A stretch of DNA of 26,835 bases from Rhodothermales bacterium (GTDB lineage Bacteria > Bacteroidota > Rhodothermia > Rhodothermales > VXPQ01): positions 1 through 26,835 of the forward strand of contig JBBDTI010000062.1 in assembly GCA_040904565.1 (NCBI GenBank), read 5' to 3'. Numbering within the stretch: position 1 is the first letter of the stretch; each line of letters opens with the position of its first letter. The notes beneath the pieces are model-generated. The model was given only the letters and a program-made list of their open reading frames with translations. It ran no database searches and was not told the DNA's origin. Position numbers and translations under genes: made by a program. This document shows, in pieces, positions 17,189 through 26,264 of this stretch.

Positions 17189-20100
17189 ATGTCGAAGTTT
17201 GAAGAAGTAAAGCGCGTTCAACACTCCGAGCTTGAAAAGGAGATCCTGTCGTCGTGGCGCGACGACGGCATCTTCGAGAAGAGCGTGGAAGAGCGTACCG
17301 GTAGGCCGACCTTCGCCTTCTATGAGGGGCCGCCCACGGCAAACGGACGGCCGGGAATCCATCACGTGATGGCGCGGACGATCAAGGACACCTTCTGTCG
17401 TTACAAGACCATGAAGGGATTCCGGGTCGAGCGAAAGGCAGGATGGGACACGCACGGCCTGCCCGTGGAGATCGAGGTCGAGAAGGAGCTGGGCCTCGAG
17501 GGCAGACATCAGGTTGAAGACTATGGCATTGAGAAGTACAACGCGAAATGCCGAGAGAGCGTCCTTCGCTATAAGGAGCTCTGGGACGACCTCACGCAGC
17601 GAATGGGCTACTGGGTGGATCTGAGCGATCCGTACGTCACGTTCGAGAATCGCTACATCGAGACGGTCTGGTGGCTCCTCAAACAGATGTACCACAAGGG
17701 CCTCCTCTACAAGGGGCACAAGATTCAGTGGTACAGCCCCGGATCGGGCACCGTGCTTTCCTCGCACGAGGTCAGCATGGGGTATGAGGAAGTGCAGGAT
17801 CCCTCCATCTACATTCGTTTTCAGGTGACGGGGGAGCCGAACACGTATTTTCTGGCGTGGACCACGACGCCGTGGACGCTCGTCTCGAATGCAGCGCTCG
17901 CCGTCGGCCCGGACCTCGATTACGTCAAGATCCGGCACGACGATCCGCATCAGGGCGATGAATATCTCATCCTCGCCGAGGCACTGCTCGAGGTCATCGA
18001 CGAAGACCACGAGGTCGTGGAGCGATTCCGAGGGGCGGACCTTGTCGGTATGACCTACGAGCCCCTGTTTCCTTATTTCCTCGACGTCGTCGAGGAGGGC
18101 ACCGCGTGGCGCGTTATCGAGGCCGATTTCGTATCGACGGAAGATGGGACCGGCGTCGTCCACATTGCGCCCGCATTCGGTGCGGACGACTACGAGGTCG
18201 GCCGTCGTGAAGGGCTCCCGGTACTCAATCCCGTCGACTCGGACGGCACGTTTACGGACGAGGCCGAACTGGTCGAAGGATTGTGGTTCAAGGATGCGGA
18301 CAAGCCCATCGCACAGGATCTGAAGCAACGAGGGCTCCTGTACAAGCACGAGACCTACCTGCATAATTATCCGCACGACTGGCGCAAAGGCACCCCCTTG
18401 ATGAGCTATCCGGTCGAGAGCTGGTTCGTCCGGACGACGGCCGTCAAAGATCGACTGATCGAGCTGAACGAGAGCATCAACTGGCAGCCGGCTTCCATGG
18501 GTTCGGGCCGGTTCGGGGAGTGGTTGAAGAACAACGTAGACTGGGCGTTGAGCCGCCGTCGATACTGGGGTACGCCGCTGCCGATCTGGCAGTCCGACAA
18601 GGAAGGATCCGACTACATCGAGGTGATCGGATCGATTGCGGAGCTTCGTGAGAAATGCGGCGACCAGGTGGCCGGGTCGGACGACGAACTGGACCTGCAT
18701 CGCCCGTTCGTGGACGACCTGACCTGGCCGGCCCCGGATGGCGGAACCATGCGACGGGTTCCGGACCTTATCGATGTCTGGTTCGATTCGGGTTCGATGC
18801 CGTTCGCTCAGTGGCATTATCCGTTCGAGCACGAGAAGGAATTCGCGGAGACGTTTCCGGCGGACTTCATCGCGGAGGGAGTCGATCAGACGAGGGGATG
18901 GTTCTATACCCTCCATGCGATCGCGACGATCGTGATGGATTCCGTCGCCTACAAAAACGTCGTCGTAAATGGACTCATTCTCGACGAGAACGGCGAAAAG
19001 ATGTCGAAGTCGAAGGGCAACGCCGTCGATCCATTCGAAACCATCGAGACCTACGGCGCCGATATCGTCCGATGGTACATGATGAGCAATACGTCGCCCT
19101 GGGAGAACATCAGGTTTTCCGAGCGCGGACTCGTCGATACGCTGAGAAAGTTTTTTAACACGCTTGAGAACGTCTATTCCTTTTTCGCGACGTATGCGAA
19201 CATCGACGGATTTTCGTTCGATGGTCGTCGCGTTCGGGTCGCAGATCGATCCGAGCTCGATCGATGGATCATCAGCCGGCTACACAGCACGGTTCGAGAG
19301 GTAGACGGATTCTACGATACATATAATCCGACGAAGGCGGCTCGCTCGGTCGAGCGGTTCGTGGAGGAGCTGTCGAACTGGTACATTCGTCGATCCCGGC
19401 GTCGCTTCTGGAAGGAGGCCGATTCCGGTGCCGACAAGGAGGCTGCCTACCAGACCGTATACGAGTGCCTCGTCGCCATCGCAAAGATGATGAGCCCCAT
19501 TGCGCCGTTCTACAGCGACTGGTTGTATCGCGCGCTGGGTGCCGCCACGGGCCGGGAAGACTACGCATCGGTCCACCTCGCCTATTTTCCCGAGGTCGAC
19601 GAGACGGAAGTCGATGCCGACCTCGAGCGTAGGATGGGGCTCGCGCGCACGATCTCGTCAGTTGTTCTTTCTCTCCGGAACGCGAGCGAGATCAACGTGC
19701 GCCAGCCGCTGCCGCGCATCATGGTCGTCACCGGTGCGGGGGTCGATCGGGTCGACGTCGAGGGGGTACGAGATGTTATTCTCGACGAGGTAAACGTAAA
19801 AGACATCGAGTATATCTCCGGATCCAGCGGCGTCGTAAAGCGGTCCGCCAAGCCCAATTTCAAGCGGCTCGGGAGCCGACTGGGGAAGCTCATGAAACCG
19901 GTCAATGAAGCCGTCCGGTCGCTCGGCGATGAAGAGATCGGCCGATATCTGTCCGAGGGCTCGATTCGTATAGACGTCGATGGGCAGGACGTCGAGCTGG
20001 GTCCCGGAGACATCGAGGTGACGAGTGAGGGCATTGCCGGATGGCTGGTCGATCAGGAAGATGACGTCACGGTAGCGCTCGATACGTCGATTACCGACGA

Positions 20101-20383
20101 TCTGCTCGCAGAGGGATTTGCACGCGAGGTCGTAAACCGTGTCCAGAACCTCAGAAAGCATGCTGATTTCGACGTAACCGATCGGATTATCGTCCAGTAC
20201 AGTGCCTCGGAAAAGCTTTCCGACGCCGTCCGCGCACACGGCACGTGGATCCGGAACGAGACGTTGGCTCTGGAGTTGGAAGAATCCGACGAACCTGACG
20301 GCGAAGTAACGGATTCCTTCGATGTCGGGGATGAGACGCTTCTCGTCGGCGTTCGGCGCACTAACGGTCCCAGCGAACGATAG
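17189..20383 (+). CDS. ileS: Isoleucine--tRNA ligase, type 2
   Basis: FYEGPPTANG.PGIHH, GWDTHGLPVE, AWTTTPWTL, GTGVVHIAP, DWALSRRRYWGTP, EGVDQTRGWF, KMSKS; long type-2 C-terminus without a zinc finger. Confidence 0.97.
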   Translation: MSKFEEVKRVQHSELEKEILSSWRDDGIFEKSVEERTGRPTFAFYEGPPTANGRPGIHHVMARTIKDTFCRYKTMKGFRVERKAGWDTHGLPVEIEVEKELGLEGRHQVEDYGIEKYNAKCRESVLRYKELWDDLTQRMGYWVDLSDPYVTFENRYIETVWWLLKQMYHKGLLYKGHKIQWYSPGSGTVLSSHEVSMGYEEVQDPSIYIRFQVTGEPNTYFLAWTTTPWTLVSNAALAVGPDLDYVKIRHDDPHQGDEYLILAEALLEVIDEDHEVVERFRGADLVGMTYEPLFPYFLDVVEEGTAWRVIEADFVSTEDGTGVVHIAPAFGADDYEVGRREGLPVLNPVDSDGTFTDEAELVEGLWFKDADKPIAQDLKQRGLLYKHETYLHNYPHDWRKGTPLMSYPVESWFVRTTAVKDRLIELNESINWQPASMGSGRFGEWLKNNVDWALSRRRYWGTPLPIWQSDKEGSDYIEVIGSIAELREKCGDQVAGSDDELDLHRPFVDDLTWPAPDGGTMRRVPDLIDVWFDSGSMPFAQWHYPFEHEKEFAETFPADFIAEGVDQTRGWFYTLHAIATIVMDSVAYKNVVVNGLILDENGEKMSKSKGNAVDPFETIETYGADIVRWYMMSNTSPWENIRFSERGLVDTLRKFFNTLENVYSFFATYANIDGFSFDGRRVRVADRSELDRWIISRLHSTVREVDGFYDTYNPTKAARSVERFVEELSNWYIRRSRRRFWKEADSGADKEAAYQTVYECLVAIAKMMSPIAPFYSDWLYRALGAATGREDYASVHLAYFPEVDETEVDADLERRMGLARTISSVVLSLRNASEINVRQPLPRIMVVTGAGVDRVDVEGVRDVILDEVNVKDIEYISGSSGVVKRSAKPNFKRLGSRLGKLMKPVNEAVRSLGDEEIGRYLSEGSIRIDVDGQDVELGPGDIEVTSEGIAGWLVDQEDDVTVALDTSITDDLLAEGFAREVVNRVQNLRKHADFDVTDRIIVQYSASEKLSDAVRAHGTWIRNETLALELEESDEPDGEVTDSFDVGDETLLVGVRRTNGPSER

Positions 20384-20454
20384 ACTGCCCGGTGCATTAT
20401 TCATGCAGCGGGCGGTGTAGTTAAGCGACGTACGTACATCTATAGTGATCTCTT

Positions 20455-20928
20455 ATGGCCGAGAAGAAATCAGATAACGTGGATTCCGGGCCCGTATCGG
20501 TGCCCGCTGACGCCTCGTCCACCGCAGACGCGCCGGGAGACGGCGTAAAGAAAAAGAACACGTGGTTCTCCGACGACGATTTCGAGCGTTTTGAGACGAT
20601 TCTTCTCGATCGCAGGAAGGAAGCCGTCGAGGATATCGAACGGATGCGCGCGCAACTCGAAGATGCTCGCGAGCAGGCCGAAAACGATACCGCGTACAGT
20701 TTCCACATGGCGGATGCCGGAACGGACGCGATGGAGCGTGAAAAGCTCTACCTGATGATAGCGCGTCAACAGAAATACGTCGGTTATCTCGATCGCGCCC
20801 TTCAGCGTATCGAAGATCGAACGTACGGTATTTGTAAGGTGACCGGAAAACCCATCTCCAAGGAACGATTGGAGGCCGTGCCGCACACGGAAATCTCCAT
20901 CGAGGCCAAATTGAAGCAGAAGAAATAG
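20455..20928 (+). CDS. dksA: TraR/DksA family transcriptional regulator
   Basis: Coiled coil with tip HMADAGTD; ALQRIE..TYGICKVTGKPISKERLEAVPH; ileS-dksA-lspA context. Confidence 0.85.
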   Translation: MAEKKSDNVDSGPVSVPADASSTADAPGDGVKKKNTWFSDDDFERFETILLDRRKEAVEDIERMRAQLEDAREQAENDTAYSFHMADAGTDAMEREKLYLMIARQQKYVGYLDRALQRIEDRTYGICKVTGKPISKERLEAVPHTEISIEAKLKQKK

Positions 20929-21054
20929 CCGTACCGTACGCTGCGGCCTCATCCCTGCAGAGATAGTATGCAGGCGAGCTACGGCCGATCGTGCGCACAC
21001 TGCGGCACCTCGGACGGCGAGCAGGGAGGTGTCGTGTAGGCCGCGTAAGTGATA

Positions 21055-21684
21055 ATGATGCGAGTTCTCTGGCTGACAGGATTGATCATCGTCGTGGATC
21101 AAGCGACGAAGCTGCTCGTGCTCCAGACCATGTATCTGGGCCAGCAGATCTCCCTGATAGGGGACTGGTTGAAGTTTACGTTCACCGAAAACCCGGGAAT
21201 GGCCTTCGGGATTACGGTGGGACCGCGCGGACTCGTGACGATGTTCTCGATCATCGCCACGATTCTCATCATTTTTTATCTCTATCGCGTACGGAACGAT
21301 TACTATCCGTATCGCGCCAGTCTCGCACTCATTTTGGGCGGGGCGGTCGGAAACATCATCGACCGAGTGTTCTACGGGACCTTCTTCAAAGGCGAACCTC
21401 TTTTCTTCGGCAAGGTCGTCGATTTCATCCACGTCAATCTGTGGAGCGGTTTCATCGCCGAGTCGATACCGTTTATCGGCGGAACATATATTTCGCTTTT
21501 TCCGATCTGGAATGTGGCCGACATGGCCATCGTAGTCGGCGTCGTGGGGATCATCGCATTTCAAAATCGACACCAGCAGGAATTGTACGAGCGCGAGCTC
21601 GCGCTACGTGGGCCGGACGTTGACGTCCCGGCAGGGTATGTCGCCGACGGCGACGACCGAGAGAACGCGCGATCCTCGTCCTAG
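21055..21684 (+). CDS. lspA: Lipoprotein signal peptidase (signal peptidase II)
   Basis: DQATK, ENPGMAFG, GGAVGNIIDR, VVDFI, IWNVAD. Exact start is ambiguous (21049, 21055 or 21058). Confidence 0.93.
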   Translation: MMRVLWLTGLIIVVDQATKLLVLQTMYLGQQISLIGDWLKFTFTENPGMAFGITVGPRGLVTMFSIIATILIIFYLYRVRNDYYPYRASLALILGGAVGNIIDRVFYGTFFKGEPLFFGKVVDFIHVNLWSGFIAESIPFIGGTYISLFPIWNVADMAIVVGVVGIIAFQNRHQQELYERELALRGPDVDVPAGYVADGDDRENARSSS

Positions 21685-21775
21685 ACGCCGGGAACGTCGG
21701 ACGGCAGGAACCGATGCGGAACGGCAGGAGAAGCCGTGTCGGGCTCCGATTGACGCCGCCAGGAGGTGATGCCGT

Positions 21776-24598
21776 CTAGAGACTCCATCTGGCGGCCAGC
21801 AAAATCATCCTGGGGAGGAGCGGTCGCTCTTCCTTCTGTAAAAAGCCGCTCTCCTCTCCGGTATAGTATGTGTCCTGGTCGAAGATGAGATGCCATTCCG
21901 CCTCATTTCTACGGTTCAGGACGTTGAGGACGTCGATCCGCAGCTGGAGGCGGGAAGAACCGATAGGGAGGTCGTAGGCAGCACTCAGATCGAGCTGGTA
22001 GATCGGTGGGAGCTTGTGTGCTTCGGGAGAGCCGAGCTCGTATCGATCTATCTGCCGCTGTGCCTTCGGGATGAGGTCGGGAGGCAGGTCTGCGGCGATA
22101 GATCCGAAGGCACCGACGAAGTCGTAATAGCCCTGTCTGAACGCCCACGTACGTCCCCAGATGCCCTGCCACCGGGCGAGAAAGGTCAGGTTGGAGAGCG
22201 GTTTCACGTCCAGCGCAAACTCTACACGGTGCGGTTCGCTCCACGGCGCGGAGACGGGGCCGGCATCGCTCGTGTAGAGCGAGTCGTTCCGTTTCGCCAG
22301 GTTGAGCTCGTAGCGCACCTCGGCGCGGCCCGCTCCCAGATCACGGCGCACCTGAACGCCTGCGCCGCGAACGGTCCCGTCGACGACGCGCAGGATCTGA
22401 TCTTGCGTGAGGTCGGTCTGTCCGCCGTCGGCATCCGTATTATAATTCACGGCGAGTATGCGGTGCTGCCGCTTCAGGTATCCCTCGAAGCGAATCGACC
22501 AGTCTGAGTCCGGTCGGAACAGCAGCTCGGCGGCATAATGAGTGGCGGCGGCCGGACTCATGGATCGGTCCGAGGCGAGCCAGAAACGGGTGTCGGAAAC
22601 GAGGGCTCGTGGGCTCCGGCTGCTTACGTCGAACTGTGAGACGAACTGCCGGTACAGACCTGTGCTCAGGCGGGCAGAGAAAGGGCCGACCCTGCTCCGT
22701 GCCCGGTCGTACCGGAAGGCGAGTCGAGGTTCCAGGTACGTCGTGGAGCGCGGTGCGAGGTACGTGGCACGTGCACCGATGTCGGCCGTCCAGCGCTGGC
22801 CGAGGGTCATCTCATCCTCCACGAAGCCGGCAAGGCGCCAGCTGGACGACTGGTGGTCGATGGCGAAGCGCTGCGTGCCGAGGACACGAAACTGAGATCC
22901 CGTCTGGATGATTTCGGTGCCGACGGTGAGAGTGTTGCGATCGTCCAGCGCGTAGTCGAAGCGGCTTTCGGCTGCCACCTCATAGATTCTGTTGCCGTCG
23001 TCGATGCGTTCCAGATTCTGATCCGCAGTTTCCAGTGCGTCGACATTGCTGGAGCTGTCGGGTACGCTGTAGTCGTGCCGAACGCGGTAGTAGCTGCCTC
23101 TCAGACCAAAGGAGGCGAGAAGCCTCGAACCGAGAACGACTTCGTACCGCGTTTGCCCGATTCCGGTATCCCACGTGAACAGATCGCGATACCGGTCCGG
23201 TCCGTCGACGGGGGGCGTCGAGCTGAAGGCTCCCGACTCCGGATTGGCTCTGTCCGTTCCCAGGCTCGTCTGACCCACGTAGGCCGACGCATGCAGGCTC
23301 TTGAGCGCGTCGAAGCGGATGCGACCGGCTGCATGCAGGTCCCGGAATCCGATGCGGGGGTTGCCGGTGGTCGGGTCGACGTCGTCGAAGCGCGGATTCG
23401 AATCCGATCTATCGAACAGCGTGAAGAGAAAAGGATCCGACGTATTCCATTCACTCAGCATATGGTCGAGCGGGGCCGGCGCATACAGGTCCCACAGGCT
23501 CATCCTTCCCGCCGCCGTGAACGCGGCCTGGCGGGTTCCCGGCCTACCCGTACGGAAACCGACGCGGGCGTTGACACTCAGCGGGTCCACCTGCAGGTCC
23601 AGCCGGCGATCTTCAGAAAAGTTTACATCGTGGCGTACGTCGACCACGCCTGAGATTTGACTTCCTTCCGAGGCGCCGAACCCCGCCTTATGAACGGTAA
23701 TGTTTCCGATGGCGAACGGGCTGAACGGGCCGACGAAGCTCGCGAAGCTGAGGGGCAGGAATACCGGCGCACCGTCCAGCGTCAGCTGATGCTCGCCGGT
23801 TTCGCCCCCCTGAACGTGAATATCTGCCGTCGCGTCGCTGACCCGGACCCCGAGCAGGGCGTTGAGTCCACCAAGAACCCCTTCCGCACCCGTACCCGGA
23901 TTGCCGATCAGATCCGCCTGGGCGAGCGATTCAGAGCCCAGATCGGAAGAAGGGAGTCGCCATTGCAGGCCGTCGATGACGATGGGTTGAACGACGATCG
24001 GATCGGCCTGGAGGGCGAGTTCGGCCTGTGTTTCCCCACCCGGTGGAACATTGACGTTTGCAGCTGCCGACTGATATCCGACATGCGTGGCGATGACGAT
24101 GTAGTTGCCCGGTGCAAGGCGGGAAAAAGTAAACATCCCGGCCTCGTTGGCCGTAGTCCCGCTCGTGCGATTGGCCAGCATCACGTGAGATCGAGGAAGG
24201 GGCTGCCGAGTCTCCGCGTCAACGACGATGCCCTGAAGACCACCGTAGAGGGGGACCGTCTCAGGGGTCTCCGTGAGTACGTAGAGTCCGGATGAGAGGC
24301 GATAGAAATCGAGCCCCGTACCGTCCAGAACGCAGCGAAGAAGCTCTTCGGCCGTGCCCTCCTGCATGGCACAGTTTGCTCGCTTGTCCCGCACGAGCGG
24401 CGGATCGTAGGCGAGGTCGATCCTCGTTTGTGCGACGAGGGATTCCAGTGCCGTGGAGAGCGGAATGCCGCGTACCACGAATTCGTAAGTCCGTTCGGTC
24501 GTCTGGCCGAAGACGCTGGACGACGGGAGAAGAGCCGCGCACAACGCAAGGAACACCCACCTGAAGGATCTGCTTAGCTGCAGGGTACTGGACGGCAT
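21776..24598 (-). CDS. TonB-dependent receptor/transducer (signal peptide, STN-like domain, carboxypeptidase-regulatory-like domain, plug, beta-barrel)
   Basis: Start placed at ATG 24598 (signal peptide ending ..SVFG-Q). STN-like PLSTALESL..LLRCVL.GTGLDF; G.VVDAETRQPL..HVGY; plug HVQGG..LDGAPV; barrel EPRLAFRY, LDLSAAY, NVLNRRN. Lies downstream of ECF and fecR. Confidence 0.85.
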   Translation of the reverse strand: MPSSTLQLSRSFRWVFLALCAALLPSSSVFGQTTERTYEFVVRGIPLSTALESLVAQTRIDLAYDPPLVRDKRANCAMQEGTAEELLRCVLDGTGLDFYRLSSGLYVLTETPETVPLYGGLQGIVVDAETRQPLPRSHVMLANRTSGTTANEAGMFTFSRLAPGNYIVIATHVGYQSAAANVNVPPGGETQAELALQADPIVVQPIVIDGLQWRLPSSDLGSESLAQADLIGNPGTGAEGVLGGLNALLGVRVSDATADIHVQGGETGEHQLTLDGAPVFLPLSFASFVGPFSPFAIGNITVHKAGFGASEGSQISGVVDVRHDVNFSEDRRLDLQVDPLSVNARVGFRTGRPGTRQAAFTAAGRMSLWDLYAPAPLDHMLSEWNTSDPFLFTLFDRSDSNPRFDDVDPTTGNPRIGFRDLHAAGRIRFDALKSLHASAYVGQTSLGTDRANPESGAFSSTPPVDGPDRYRDLFTWDTGIGQTRYEVVLGSRLLASFGLRGSYYRVRHDYSVPDSSSNVDALETADQNLERIDDGNRIYEVAAESRFDYALDDRNTLTVGTEIIQTGSQFRVLGTQRFAIDHQSSSWRLAGFVEDEMTLGQRWTADIGARATYLAPRSTTYLEPRLAFRYDRARSRVGPFSARLSTGLYRQFVSQFDVSSRSPRALVSDTRFWLASDRSMSPAAATHYAAELLFRPDSDWSIRFEGYLKRQHRILAVNYNTDADGGQTDLTQDQILRVVDGTVRGAGVQVRRDLGAGRAEVRYELNLAKRNDSLYTSDAGPVSAPWSEPHRVEFALDVKPLSNLTFLARWQGIWGRTWAFRQGYYDFVGAFGSIAADLPPDLIPKAQRQIDRYELGSPEAHKLPPIYQLDLSAAYDLPIGSSRLQLRIDVLNVLNRRNEAEWHLIFDQDTYYTGEESGFLQKEERPLLPRMILLAARWSL

Positions 24599-24638
24599 TG
24601 CGCGGTTCGTCAACCTGACGGGAGAGAAGGCTGCGCAT

Positions 24639-24682
24639 AAAAAGAAAAACACGACGCACGGTTCCATCCGTGCGTCGTGTTT
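24639..24682 (-). terminator. Intrinsic terminator between fecR and the TonB receptor
   Basis: Perfect 15-bp inverted repeat AAACACGACGCACGG (24647-24661) / CCGTGCGTCGTGTTT (24668-24682) with a 6-nt loop; on the minus strand it runs into TTTTTCTTTTT. Confidence 0.8.
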
Positions 24683-24741
24683 GAATATAAACAATTGCTA
24701 TCGATAAGGAGGGCACTCTTGTGGATTTCATGCCCGCCGGT

Positions 24742-25695
24742 TTACGGCCAGTAGACCTGATAGCCGTTCGCCGTAGCGCGATAGCGCAGTCCGTGAGCCT
24801 GGGCGATCGTAGAAATCACCTCTTCGGCCGACCCTGGATCGTGAAGATAGACGGTGTACGGTTCGGATCGAAGATCCAGTGGGGCGTCGATCTCCACGTC
24901 GAACCGGCGTTCGATCTCGTCGAAGATCACACCGAAAGGTTGCCCGTTGAAAGCCAGAGCCCCTTCGCGCCAGGACAGCTCACGGTCCAGGGCGACTTCC
25001 GCCGGGACGGACGGATCGTTTGCCGCGCGAACGATACTGCGGTAGCCAGGCTCGATGATGACGGATCCCCTGGTGCCCCTCCGCGCATCGACTTTCACCC
25101 GACCGGAGGCTACGGCGACAGATGTGACCGGGACGCCTTCATCCGACCGGACTCGCACGTTAAATTCCGTCCCGAGCACGGTCGTTCGTGCGTTTATGGT
25201 TTCTACAACGAACGCATTATCGTCCTCTACGACGTCGAAATAGGCTTCTCCATCTAGCTCGACGGTGCGTTTGCCCAGAAACGTCGCTCGATAGGACAGG
25301 GTGGAGCCGCTGTTCAGCTCGACGTTCGATCCATCGGGGAGAACGGCATGGGCCTGGCCGCCGAACGGAGCCTCAACGGTGATCGGACGAAGCATGTACC
25401 CGATGCCCAGTAACAGAGCCAGGACGGCGGCTGCGGCAACCGGACGCCAGGTTCTCGACGAGAGGAGCTGAAGGCGAGGTCGAGGCATCTCCTCGCGATC
25501 GGTTCGTCGCGTCGATGCCGAAACGGTTGACCAGACCTCTGATTTCCGTCGCTGATCCGACGGGCTCATAGTAGGTCTGCCGTGTTCGGAAAGGCGCCAG
25601 GCTTCTTCCAGCGCACGCCGATCCCTGACGGCTTGGTCGCTGAGCCACGCTTCCACCGAAGGCGGTGGGGGCGATTTGGAAGATTCCGGCATCAT
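24742..25695 (-). CDS. fecR: FecR family anti-sigma factor
   Basis: N-terminal VEAWL..EEAW, single TM (AAAAVLALLLGIG), LPDGSNVELNSGS, LDGEAYFDV, VLGTEFNV, V.SGRV, SWREG; ATGA overlap with the sigma factor stop. Confidence 0.9.
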   Translation of the reverse strand: MMPESSKSPPPPSVEAWLSDQAVRDRRALEEAWRLSEHGRPTMSPSDQRRKSEVWSTVSASTRRTDREEMPRPRLQLLSSRTWRPVAAAAVLALLLGIGYMLRPITVEAPFGGQAHAVLPDGSNVELNSGSTLSYRATFLGKRTVELDGEAYFDVVEDDNAFVVETINARTTVLGTEFNVRVRSDEGVPVTSVAVASGRVKVDARRGTRGSVIIEPGYRSIVRAANDPSVPAEVALDRELSWREGALAFNGQPFGVIFDEIERRFDVEIDAPLDLRSEPYTVYLHDPGSAEEVISTIAQAHGLRYRATANGYQVYWP

Positions 25696-26264
25696 GGTTG
25701 GATGGTTTCGGAGTGATAGTTTTCAAGACGCGCGCGAAGGTCCTGCAAGGCAAGAACGATGTGGTTGTTGACCGTGCGCGGCGTAAGATTCATCATGCGA
25801 GCAATCTCTTCGTGACTGAGCCCTTCGTACCTGCTCAGCACAAAGGCTTCCCGGCGCCGGTTTGGCAGGTCGGCGATCCATCGCTCGATGTGTCGCCCGA
25901 GCGCCTCGACTTCAACGTCGCGCTCGATGGTAGAGGGCACCGCAGGTTCACGAAGGCTGTCGTCGATAGATTGCGCGGCTCTCGTTTTTTTCTGTCGTTC
26001 GTGGTTCAGTGCATAGTTGCGGACCATCTGATACATCAGGGCTTTGAGCGATCGGGAGGGATCGACGTCTTCCCGGATCGTCCACAACTTCATATAGACG
26101 TCCTGCAGAACATCGTGCGCGGCCGACGGCTCGCGGACGATATACCGTGCAAATCCGAAAAGTCCGTCATACGTCGCTTCAAACAGCTCCGCGTAATCGG
26201 TACGATCCGAGTTTTGAAGCCCACGAGCCCAGCTCGTGAACTGTTCGTCGGATATCGCTCGCAT
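25692..26264 (-). CDS. ECF RNA polymerase sigma-70 factor (FecI-like, Bacteroidetes type)
   Basis: Region 2 AHDVLQDVYMKLW..SLKALMYQMVRNYALN; region 4 LPNRRREAFVLSRYEGLSHEEIA..TVNNHI..AL. Confidence 0.92.
   Translation of the reverse strand: MRAISDEQFTSWARGLQNSDRTDYAELFEATYDGLFGFARYIVREPSAAHDVLQDVYMKLWTIREDVDPSRSLKALMYQMVRNYALNHERQKKTRAAQSIDDSLREPAVPSTIERDVEVEALGRHIERWIADLPNRRREAFVLSRYEGLSHEEIARMMNLTPRTVNNHIVLALQDLRARLENYHSETIQP

Noticed and set aside
17168-18916. 582 aa antisense ORF (also 9067-10716, 3087-4166, 20470-21573 and many shorter ones)
   Set aside because: They lie opposite well-supported genes and have no recognisable motifs. Long shadow ORFs are expected from high-GC codon bias.
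20948-21035. SAM-I riboswitch resemblance (CTCATCC..., GGCACC...GGTG)
   Set aside because: It lacks the AGAG/GAGGGA kink-turn, GCAACC and the closing GATGAG strand, and lspA is not a methionine/SAM gene.
24599-24694. N-terminal extension of the TonB receptor ORF from the TTG at 24694
   Set aside because: It runs through the terminator hairpin; the signal peptide begins at ATG 24598.
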